Positions 19,957 to 27,237 of a stretch of DNA of 58,681 nucleotides are shown in pieces. Where the stretch lies: positions 1-58,681 of the IMG/VR virus record IMGVR_UViG_3300025687_000049, one strand, 5' to 3'. Under the pieces are notes generated by a model. The model ran no database searches, was not told the DNA's origin, and saw nothing but the letters and a program-made list of their open reading frames with translations. Within the stretch, counting starts at the first letter, position 1, and every line of letters begins with the position of its first letter. The stretch comes from a virus (lineage: Duplodnaviria; Caudoviricetes). A program made the translations under genes and the position numbers.

Positions 19957-20295
19957 TCAGCGATCGGCATTCAGCACGAAGCCCTCTTGATCAAGTGCTT
20001 GTGCTGCCTTACGCAGCCTGGCTGTTGGCGCAGGCTTCCTCGCCCGACTGAGAAGAGCCTTAATGACTTCGTCGTCGATAAGGTCTTCAAAAAGAATTTC
20101 CGGTAGGCCTATTGCACCTTCCGGGAGGGGTAGATCATCAATTGCTCGACCTGAGGAAAGAATCGTCGTCTTCGAGCGGGTCTTGGATAAGGCTTCCATC
20201 TCCAGTCGATTCACATGCCTCAAGATTGGTGCGTTCGAGGATCTCGTTGACTTGTTCCAGAATTCTTTGCTGGACGACTCTTCGCTGTCGCTCAC
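19957..20295 (-). CDS. Hypothetical protein
   Basis: ORF in late operon orientation. Confidence 0.45.
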   Translation of the reverse strand: MSDSEESSSKEFWNKSTRSSNAPILRHVNRLEMEALSKTRSKTTILSSGRAIDDLPLPEGAIGLPEILFEDLIDDEVIKALLSRARKPAPTARLRKAAQALDQEGFVLNADR

Positions 20296-20297
20296 GT

Positions 20298-20477
20298 CTA
20301 CGATCTGCGGACGTTTTTCCCATGAGGGATGTTCTTTTGGTAATCGTTGTTCTCAGAGTCACGTCCACTACGGAATGCGTCGGACTTCCGATCTGTAGCA
20401 GAGCTATTCCCACCAGAAGCGTTACCACCTCCAGACTGGTTCATGTGATCTGTTGACTGTCCTTTTCGGGATGCCAT
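20298..20477 (-). CDS. Small hydrophilic hypothetical protein
   Basis: Start reassigned to ATG 20477 (AAGGA RBS). Confidence 0.5.
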   Translation of the reverse strand: MASRKGQSTDHMNQSGGGNASGGNSSATDRKSDAFRSGRDSENNDYQKNIPHGKNVRRS

Positions 20478-20792
20478 AGTTAGTTTCCTTTGGGGTTGGG
20501 ATCTCTCGGGGGTTTTAACCCGGAGATCAAGTTCGCATGTGCGTTTAGTATGGGGAGTTGGGAAGTGCAGGTAATGATCGATAAGTACCGACATATGTGG
20601 AGTCAATGTCCCCTTTGCGGGGACTTGGAGTACATTCGGTACATGAGGTACCTCCAGGAACTCCAGACAGACTTATCCTATAAATTTAAGTAATACGTAT
20701 TTGTGAAACAAATACAAAACCCGAAGGGTGAAACTTAAGCGTAAGCGTAACCGTTCGTTATATCATAGATACAACTCACTTTACATACACTG

Positions 20793-20833
20793 AATATTAC
20801 TATTATCGGAAAAACAGAACACTTGTCAACCCC
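20793..20833 (-). promoter_or_regulatory. Phage-specific promoter copy C (late arm)
   Basis: GGGGTTGACA-N15-CGATAATAGTAATATT, same motif and spacing as 26794 and 30457. Confidence 0.75.
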
Positions 20834-21258
20834 TAAAAGTGAAACTTTTTTGTAACAAAGTGTTACAGACTGAAACATATTGAAATAAATACCTACTTCT
20901 AACACCTAGAAGTTATCCAGTTTTTCTCCACTTTGGGTTACGAAAAACAGGATTCCATATATTTACTCTATTTTTTGTATACAAATCAACTACTTAACCC
21001 CCAACCTAAGAAAGTCTACTCCCCTGTAATTATCTTATTCTGCCTGACCAGAATTAGGTTCATATGTCGATCGAATTGTATAGCCTGACTTGACTTTTTC
21101 ATTTCTCGTTCCCTAGTGCTGCTACCGCAGAAAAAACCGCCTGGGTATAAGGGATGCCCCTCCTTAGAACAAAATGATCTAAGAAATTTCTTGACATGGG
21201 GAAGAGACTGTGGCTCAACTGTTCTGCAATAGCGCGGTTGCACATCAACTAGTATCTG

Positions 21259-21274
21259 TGTTTCACGTGGAACA
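21259..21274. promoter_or_regulatory. parS: parS-consensus palindrome
   Basis: TGTTTCACGTGGAACA (reverse complement TGTTCCACGTGAAACA) fits the chromosomal parS consensus TGTTNCACGTGAAACA. Confidence 0.65.
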
Positions 21275-21380
21275 TATCCGCAACTGTTGGGTTGCACATT
21301 GAATGTAAGTAGAATGTAGGGGGGAAGAGGGGGGTAGGGGGGATATACCTTTTAGTTATAAGCTTATAACAACACGGTAT

Positions 21381-21408
21381 TAGACATCCTCAACAAAAGG
21401 CGTATAAT
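21381..21408 (+). promoter_or_regulatory. Host sigma70-type early promoter
   Basis: TAGACA-N16-TATAAT; predicted start ~21415. Confidence 0.65.
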
Positions 21409-21414
21409 GATTAC

Positions 21415-21755
21415 ATCAGCTCGGGGATTACACCTCGACTCGGTAAGCACGGTAGGCCTCGCGGTCAGATCCACATAGCCAGAGTAGCAGTTGATCAGGG
21501 TCCCTCGAACGTAGCACAAATCGAGGTCTGGCGAGTAGGTCACCTTAGGATTACAGAGTTTATCCGAAGTGGCACATAGGATGAAAGCCGGGGGTTAAAA
21601 TAATAGCGTGTTGGTAGGTAGAACTACCAGTTGGATATAAGGATACATCCAATTCTGCCGGGCATCGCTGAGCATGTTGTCCCTAGTCTTCACTTAGGAG
21701 CGTAAGCTTCCAGTGTGTGAGGATCCTAGCGATTTAGTGATTCAACGGTGAAGAT
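21415..21755 (+). ncRNA. Structured 5' leader of early transcript
   Basis: No ORF >=60 aa; several hairpins (TCGGGG/CCTCGA, CCTCGA/TCGAGG, TGGTAG/CTACCA, TTGGAT/ATCCAA, GTCTTCAC/GTGAAGAT). Confidence 0.45.
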
Positions 21756-21925
21756 TCATATCATATCTCTCCAAAAACCTACTGATGACTCGAGAGAGAA
21801 CGGCTAGCAATAGCTGTTGATGCCGTGGTTGGCATCGAAACAAACGCAGCAATGCGGGGATGGAGTGGTTGGGATGCTTTCTAAGTATGCCGATCAGACC
21901 ATCCCAAAATTGTATAGGTAACCAT
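21756..21925 (+). ncRNA. Type I hammerhead ribozyme with inserted helices; predicted cleavage after 21914
   Basis: Stem I ACCTA(21777-81)/TAGGT(21915-19); CTGATGA 21782-88; stem II GATGCC/GGCATC then GAAA 21837-40; stem III ACAA/TTGT; GTA triplet 21912-14; loop II GTGGTT pairs with AACCAT 21920-25. Confidence 0.85.
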
Positions 21926-21938
21926 TGAGAATGATATT

Positions 21939-22127
21939 ATGACTACACAATTACACACCAAAGTGGATCTATTTGCCGGCACTCAGTACGAGGGCTTGAC
22001 ATACAACCAGATCCGTAGGATGCTTACACCTGCTCAGGTTCGAGTGCTACAGCAATTGAATAAGCGAGGAAAAAAGATCGCATCTCACCAGAATGCAATG
22101 CAACGTGTAATCCAGTCCTATCGGTAG
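21939..22127 (+). CDS. Early hypothetical protein
   Basis: First ORF after ribozyme cleavage site. Confidence 0.6.
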   Translation: MTTQLHTKVDLFAGTQYEGLTYNQIRRMLTPAQVRVLQQLNKRGKKIASHQNAMQRVIQSYR

Positions 22128-22160
22128 ATAGGTCTGTTTAGGTAAACCAGGAGACTAAAT

Positions 22161-22412
22161 ATGACTATTAAGACTACTAAAATCGAAGTGAAAAGGTTTG
22201 AAGCCCAGCAAATTTGCAGCGCACTATTTGACCGTGCTCGCCAATCAATTGAGGAAGAAAACTTCCATAATTGCGCTGAAGAGCTCGAGATCGCAGCAAA
22301 ATTTGTCCGGGCAATCAATCCTTCCTATCGCAAGACATACCGAGATGCGATAGATATCATATACTTCCAGAGAGCTTGCAGAATGGAGGATATAGACTAC
22401 GTAGAGCCTTAG
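22161..22412 (+). CDS. Early hypothetical protein
   Basis: Preceded by repeat element/RBS. Confidence 0.7.
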   Translation: MTIKTTKIEVKRFEAQQICSALFDRARQSIEEENFHNCAEELEIAAKFVRAINPSYRKTYRDAIDIIYFQRACRMEDIDYVEP

Positions 22413-22444
22413 GGCTCTCGTTTAGGATAACCAAGGAGATATAT

Positions 22445-22618
22445 ATGAATATTGTACGAGAAACAGAAGCGGATTTTTCACTTGACAGCTTCGAGATTGA
22501 GCATTTACGGGAAAATCTGCCGGTGATCGGCGTATGTGAGCTGACAGACTTCGAAGCCTTTCACTTAGGCTTGATCGATGAAGATCTACTGTTCAGGCTA
22601 CGTACTGAACTCCTCTAG
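22445..22618 (+). CDS. Early hypothetical protein (start reassigned)
   Basis: AAGGAG RBS then ATG 22445. Confidence 0.7.
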   Translation: MNIVRETEADFSLDSFEIEHLRENLPVIGVCELTDFEAFHLGLIDEDLLFRLRTELL

Positions 22619-22652
22619 GGAGTTCGGTTTAGGAATAACCACGGAGATTGAT

Positions 22653-23153
22653 ATGAAAGAGACACAACAATGGGAACAGCTTCAAGATACCCTTAATGGG
22701 GAGCAGAATTTCTGTATAATCGAGGAGCGAAAAGCGCCGATATTGTATGCGGTACTGCTACAGATCAAAAAGATCGATGGCATACCTGTTACACATCGGA
22801 ATGGGAAGGAAGGTCCCGAGGTTATTGTTGGTAATGGGTACTATGTCCAGAAATACCTGGAACTGCTATCCGATAGACCAAAATATACCAGAGCTGACTT
22901 CCAAGTCCAGATGGGACTTTTACTAGGCTACTCGTTTGAAGATTGTGTGGAGTTTGCAAAGAATCCACCCGATTGTGATTGCGAGAAATGCGGAGGTCCT
23001 AACGATCGCATTGAGCTTGGTCCAGTAGAGTATGAAGGTACAAGACCATACCAAAAGGCCACCTACCAAGGTGCCGCATATGGGACCTTATATCACCCGG
23101 ATCCTGAGCTGATAAAGCACAGTCCAGGGATACAAAATTGGTCAAAACCCTAG
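22653..23153 (+). CDS. Early hypothetical protein with CxCxxC motif (start reassigned)
   Basis: GGAG RBS then ATG 22653; MGLLLGY and CDCEKC. Confidence 0.7.
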   Translation: MKETQQWEQLQDTLNGEQNFCIIEERKAPILYAVLLQIKKIDGIPVTHRNGKEGPEVIVGNGYYVQKYLELLSDRPKYTRADFQVQMGLLLGYSFEDCVEFAKNPPDCDCEKCGGPNDRIELGPVEYEGTRPYQKATYQGAAYGTLYHPDPELIKHSPGIQNWSKP

Positions 23154-23200
23154 TGTTTTAGCCCTCTAACGGGGGCGTTTAGGTAACCAAGGAGATAGAT

Positions 23201-23809
23201 ATGTACCAGAAAGAAATGCGGAAAATCCAAGCCGGGTTTGCTGCTCAACCAGGTGAGACACTAGAACAAACAGTTAGGTTTGTACTCGCCACCATCCAAC
23301 AACAATTTTCTACTGTGGAGGACATTCTCCATACATGGGCGTTGCAGGGTGAAATGGCTCCCACTATGTGGGGCGCTAAGAGAAAGGGTGTTCGCTATAT
23401 TGAGAAGCATTCCCAGGAATTGGCCGCTAAATTGAAGGGGTGCGACACTGTGGAAGCAGTGGATACACTCTTGACAGTCCCCGGGCTGAACACGGTAAAG
23501 GCAAGCTTTGTTGCCCAGTGTCTCGGCTTTGGTGTTGGGTGTATAGATACCCACAATGCGAGGATCCATGGCGTAAACGTCAAATCCTACGCGGTTACTA
23601 AGAACTTGACAGCGAAGACTAGACTTGCTAAAATCAAGTCTTACATTGCATTATGTCAAGGACTAGGAGGATCCGCGGTGTTGTGGGACTCATGGTGCGA
23701 GCTTATCGCCGATAAGCAGAGCGCACACTTCGATGACGCGGAGGCTGTGAGTGCATACCATTCACACTGCATACTAAAGCATGTAAAACATGATCCTGCC
23801 AGATGGTAG
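23201..23809 (+). CDS. HhH-GPD DNA glycosylase-like protein
   Basis: LLTVPGLNTVKASFV...CIDTH helix-hairpin-helix plus conserved Asp. Confidence 0.55.
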   Translation: MYQKEMRKIQAGFAAQPGETLEQTVRFVLATIQQQFSTVEDILHTWALQGEMAPTMWGAKRKGVRYIEKHSQELAAKLKGCDTVEAVDTLLTVPGLNTVKASFVAQCLGFGVGCIDTHNARIHGVNVKSYAVTKNLTAKTRLAKIKSYIALCQGLGGSAVLWDSWCELIADKQSAHFDDAEAVSAYHSHCILKHVKHDPARW

Positions 23810-23838
23810 GATCGTCTAGGATAACCAAGGAGAATGAT

Positions 23839-24072
23839 ATGAAACTGACCGCAGAAAACCTTCGCAATATGCAAAGCAACCTGTTTACCATCGATGACGA
23901 TCTAGGGGAGACTATCAAACGTATCCCTAATGAATACGCCTATGTGGTGTTCATTGCTGCAAATACTGTCCTCGAGTCCTTAGCCGTGATGGTTGAGGAG
24001 GCAGAAGAGGAAGAGCTGACAGCTTTCGAGCTTCGAGAGCTGGAAGCCCAAGAGAAGGGAGGTGGAGAATGA
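23839..24072 (+). CDS. Early acidic hypothetical protein (start reassigned)
   Basis: AAGGAG RBS then ATG 23839. Confidence 0.7.
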   Translation: MKLTAENLRNMQSNLFTIDDDLGETIKRIPNEYAYVVFIAANTVLESLAVMVEEAEEEELTAFELRELEAQEKGGGE

Positions 24073-24185
24073 GCCACGATGACGACAATGTCCCTTTCTG
24101 GGACGCGGTGTTGATGGTCACTAGTAGTTATGTTAGTGTGATCATTGTTGTGCTGTTTACAGCATGGTTACTAGGGCAGCTTTAA
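24069..24185 (+). CDS. Small single-pass membrane peptide (38 aa)
   Basis: ATGA overlap, GGAG RBS, hydrophobic core; stop lies in the next element's hairpin. Confidence 0.5.
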   Translation: MSHDDDNVPFWDAVLMVTSSYVSVIIVVLFTAWLLGQL

Positions 24186-24218
24186 GCTGTCCGTCTAGGA
24201 ATAAACCAGGAGATTGAT

Positions 24219-24503
24219 ATGACCGAAAATGACCAAAGACTGTATGGAACCATAATCGACACCCTCGACGATAACCAGATCCTTGATCTAGTGCTTGTCA
24301 TGGGAGTTATGCCGTGGTATAGTGGTATCCCTCACAGTGTATATGTGAGTCTAAAAGAGTTCCTTGCCGACCAGGGACTAGATACCACCAAGTACGTGGT
24401 GAAAGCCTCTGTAGATTGGGAGGAAGTTGAAGCCGCTCGACCCGAAGATGGTAGTCCATGGGTAACCGTGGAAGCAGCTGATATTAGCGTAGAAGTCGAA
24501 TAG
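24219..24503 (+). CDS. Early hypothetical protein
   Basis: Preceded by repeat element/RBS. Confidence 0.7.
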   Translation: MTENDQRLYGTIIDTLDDNQILDLVLVMGVMPWYSGIPHSVYVSLKEFLADQGLDTTKYVVKASVDWEEVEAARPEDGSPWVTVEAADISVEVE

Positions 24504-24590
24504 ACTACACCGCGGAGAATTCCACTCCGTGGGCTACCTACATCCTAAGCATGATGTAAAACTGCTGTATAGATAACCAGGAGAAATGAT

Positions 24591-25007
24591 ATGACTAAGT
24601 TAACACGCGAATTGATCGAAAAAGAATACGCTAGAATTGAGGAAAAGAAGCGTAATCTCGAGGTCTTCGAGCCTCGTCCGATCCAAGCACAGTACGATGC
24701 TTTGTTCCAAGCCTTATATGACGTGGATCCGAACATCAACATTAAGGCCAATAGTAACGACGGTGAGTTCGATATCCGCTTCGCTGGAGACAGTGGGGTG
24801 TACCGGTGGGTATACTCAACTTTACGTGAGCATGGCTGGGAGCCAGAAGATCGTATCTCCGATGATACGCGGAACTACTTCACTACGTGGTACAGAAAAG
24901 AGGGCCTTCCATCTTTGTATGTAACCTTCTCGAGCACCGTATGCCAGCGTGTCCAGGTAGGAACCCGGACGGTAGAAGAGCCAATCTATGAGCTTGTGTG
25001 TGAGTAG
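24591..25007 (+). CDS. Early hypothetical protein
   Basis: Preceded by repeat element; C.RVQVG......P.YE..C C-terminus. Confidence 0.7.
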   Translation: MTKLTRELIEKEYARIEEKKRNLEVFEPRPIQAQYDALFQALYDVDPNINIKANSNDGEFDIRFAGDSGVYRWVYSTLREHGWEPEDRISDDTRNYFTTWYRKEGLPSLYVTFSSTVCQRVQVGTRTVEEPIYELVCE

Positions 25008-25053
25008 TTAACCTGGGCTCCGGCCCAGTTTAGGAATAACCAAGGAGAATGAT

Positions 25054-25206
25054 ATGGAAAGTAACCAAAACGAAAACCTTTTGTATGCAATTAAGCAGAT
25101 TGCGGCCCAGTTCTCTGGTGAGCGTAGGTTCACTGGGAGCGTAGAGTTCACTGTAGATCTGCGTCTCATAATCAACGCCCAGGACATCGAGGAGGAAAGC
25201 AATTGA
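25054..25206 (+). CDS. Early hypothetical protein (50 aa, not in ORF track)
   Basis: Repeat element/RBS then MESNQNENLL...ESN*. Confidence 0.65.
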   Translation: MESNQNENLLYAIKQIAAQFSGERRFTGSVEFTVDLRLIINAQDIEEESN

Positions 25207-25352
25207 GCGATTTTGTAGCAGCCTTTTTTATGATGATCTTTCTGTGTGCAGGCTTGCTAGTCTTATGGCTAGCGAGTATACTGAACTCAGTGACCCTCGT
25301 ATTTATAGGCCTAGCCATCATAGCAATCAGCACAAAAGGAGCTAAGGGATAG
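25203..25352 (+). CDS. Small membrane protein (49 aa)
   Basis: TTG start overlapping upstream TGA, GAGGAGG RBS, two hydrophobic stretches. Confidence 0.45.
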   Translation: MSDFVAAFFMMIFLCAGLLVLWLASILNSVTLVFIGLAIIAISTKGAKG

Positions 25353-25391
25353 GGGCGAAAGCCCCCGTCTAGGAATAACCAGGAGATAGAT

Positions 25392-25571
25392 ATGAAAGAG
25401 CAGTTAACAAATAAAGAGATCGTTAATTGGCTGGTATCAAATGATATTGGCCTGAGCGATGTGATCGACGCAGTGATTGACGTAAATGGGATCATTGGTG
25501 TAGGATTGATAACCCTCGCAGAGGGATTGTCGCAGTATGTCCAGGACCAGATAACACCACAAGGAGATTAA
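25392..25571 (+). CDS. Early hypothetical protein (59 aa, not in ORF track)
   Basis: Repeat element/RBS then MKEQLTNKEI...QGD*. Confidence 0.65.
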   Translation: MKEQLTNKEIVNWLVSNDIGLSDVIDAVIDVNGIIGVGLITLAEGLSQYVQDQITPQGD

Positions 25572-25572
25572 G

Positions 25573-25692
25573 ATGGGTGGTCACTTGTATTGGAGCTGTG
25601 CCGTATGGGTTGTACAGTACGGTGGGTTCACACAATATCAGTTGGATGTTGCCACTACGTGGGCACTCCAGATCCTTTCTGAGGAGGCGTAG
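25573..25692 (+). CDS. Small hypothetical protein (39 aa)
   Basis: AAGGAG RBS, fills the gap exactly. Confidence 0.45.
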   Translation: MGGHLYWSCAVWVVQYGGFTQYQLDVATTWALQILSEEA

Positions 25693-25881
25693 ATGAAGAC
25701 GCTACTGGTAGTGCTGTGTGCGTTTAATACGCACTGTGAGCACGAGTGGGAAGCGGTGTATGCCGCGGATAACTTAAGGGAGTGCAGAGCACAAGGGAAG
25801 GCTCAATTCCCTGAATACGAGCGCCTATGGCTCTGCGTGAAAGATATTCAAGTTAAAGATGAATGGAGCGAGTTCGAATGA
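25693..25881 (+). CDS. Small Cys-containing hypothetical protein
   Basis: GAGGAGG RBS. Confidence 0.55.
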   Translation: MKTLLVVLCAFNTHCEHEWEAVYAADNLRECRAQGKAQFPEYERLWLCVKDIQVKDEWSEFE

Positions 25882-26072
25882 ATGATATAGTACACATCAC
25901 ACAGATGATATCCCTATGTGGGCAACGATTGGACCGTATCCAATCAGACGAGCAGCGGGTACGGATCCTACAGGAGCTGGATGACCTTCTCTTCGAAGCA
26001 GAAGGGTATCTCAAGGATGAACTTTACCACTACGAGGAGACCATCGACGGTCAGCACGGCTCACCTTTCTAG
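25878..26072 (+). CDS. Hypothetical protein
   Basis: ATGA overlap, GGAG RBS. Confidence 0.55.
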   Translation: MNDIVHITQMISLCGQRLDRIQSDEQRVRILQELDDLLFEAEGYLKDELYHYEETIDGQHGSPF

Positions 26073-26134
26073 GTACCCATATAGGGAACCTTCGTACCCG
26101 AAAAGGGTACGTCTAGATAACCTTGGAGAATGAT

Positions 26135-26824
26135 ATGACAGAACTGAGTAGTTTTCAGCTCTACAGCATTGACCTAGATGCCGCGGAGATTGAACACAAG
26201 ACCAAACACCAGCTCGCCGGCTTACATGCTGAAGCCTTGAAGGGAAACCAGAAGGCGTGGCATGATCTTTGGTTGTACGGGACCAAACTGGTCCTGAAGA
26301 TATGCAACAAGCTCTCGTCTATGGACTTACTCCGTTGTGAGTACGAAGAGGCTGTAGCTGAGGGGAATGCTGCGATCGGAGAGGCACTGACCCGGTGGAA
26401 CCCTAAGAAGTCCAGCTTCGGTACCTGGGTATGGATCCGGGTTCGAGGTGCAATCCTCGATGAGTCGAAGAAGTGGTCTCCTGAACCAGGTGTAGTCCCT
26501 GCCGAGGTGACTCTATCAGATGACCAGGAGCATGGTGATGACGAGTACAACAATTCTCTCTATGATCTGGCTGACGAGGAATATCTGGGTGAAGATCCTG
26601 CTCTGGATCTCGATAAAGCCCGGTTGAGAAGAGTCCTTCCAGCACTACCTGAGAGGGAGTTGAAGTACGTAACCCTGTACTACTTTGAGGACCAGACTCT
26701 CAATGAGATAGCCGATCTGGAGGGTATTAGCCGGAATATGGTACACAAGATTCTTAAGCGAGCTGAGGCTCGTTTAGGTGAATTGTTATTGGGGGGGTTA
26801 ACAATCTCCGCGTTCGAGCGATAA
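26135..26824 (+). CDS. Sigma-70 family RNA polymerase sigma factor
   Basis: Region 2 (EG...I.EA..RWNP....FGTW..IRVRGAILD) and region 4 (LPERE...V.LYY....TL.EIA...GIS...V....RA..RL). Confidence 0.88.
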   Translation: MTELSSFQLYSIDLDAAEIEHKTKHQLAGLHAEALKGNQKAWHDLWLYGTKLVLKICNKLSSMDLLRCEYEEAVAEGNAAIGEALTRWNPKKSSFGTWVWIRVRGAILDESKKWSPEPGVVPAEVTLSDDQEHGDDEYNNSLYDLADEEYLGEDPALDLDKARLRRVLPALPERELKYVTLYYFEDQTLNEIADLEGISRNMVHKILKRAEARLGELLLGGLTISAFER

Positions 26825-26834
26825 TAGTAATATT
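26794..26834 (+). promoter_or_regulatory. Phage-specific promoter copy A (primase/helicase block)
   Basis: GGGGTTAACA-N15-CGATAATAGTAATATT. Confidence 0.75.
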
Positions 26835-26924
26835 AGTATTAGTATAAGTGTAATTAGTAGTTTAGGGATGCCCCAAAGCATCCCATAATTATAAGTAATT
26901 ACATAAAGTTTAGGAGATATAGAT

Positions 26925-27224
26925 ATGTCTGATAGACATGAATTGTTTGAAGAACTGGAAGCCTTTCACCCTTTGTGGTTCAAGGTATACCATAATCTAG
27001 AAGAGGCTGTTGAAGCAGCCTCAATAGAGACTCCATACATCATCGACTTATGGGAAGACTACCTACTGACAACGGAACGTATCGTAGATGGAGTCCCAGA
27101 CATCAAGAAGTACATCGAGGAGTGTCAAGAAGCGGAGCAGAATGCTCCTGAGTTTCAGAGAGCTGTATCGACTATCCGGTATGTTAACCGGATCGATGAT
27201 AACAAGTTCTACTTCTCGGAGTAG
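26925..27224 (+). CDS. Hypothetical acidic protein
   Basis: AGGAG RBS. Confidence 0.65.
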   Translation: MSDRHELFEELEAFHPLWFKVYHNLEEAVEAASIETPYIIDLWEDYLLTTERIVDGVPDIKKYIEECQEAEQNAPEFQRAVSTIRYVNRIDDNKFYFSE

Positions 27225-27237
27225 AGGATATTTGTTT

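Larger units (their letters stand above)
22117..26137 (+). repeat. Ten dispersed intergenic elements: hairpin-GTH-TAG(G)-N-AACC(A)-GGAGA-N5/6-ATG
   Basis: GTH at 22136, 22420, 22627, 23177, 23814, 24193, 24567, 25028, 25367, 26111, each ending at a start codon. Confidence 0.92.

Noticed and set aside
21016-21297. 93-aa minus-strand ORF and 20490-20693 plus-strand ORF
   Set aside because: No convincing RBS or motifs; lie in the regulatory/terminal region
22117-26137. Early repeats as T7-type promoters or a CRISPR array
   Set aside because: No single-subunit RNA polymerase or cas genes; internal spacing varies; intervening sequences are whole genes; a different fixed-spacing promoter motif exists. 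A promoter role is disfavoured but not formally excluded
26772-26779. GTTTAGGT inside the sigma gene
   Set aside because: No AACC, RBS or hairpin; likely chance
26908-26927. GTTTAGGAGATATAGATATG as an eleventh remote site
   Set aside because: Lacks AACC, and TAGG is merged with the RBS; at most degenerate
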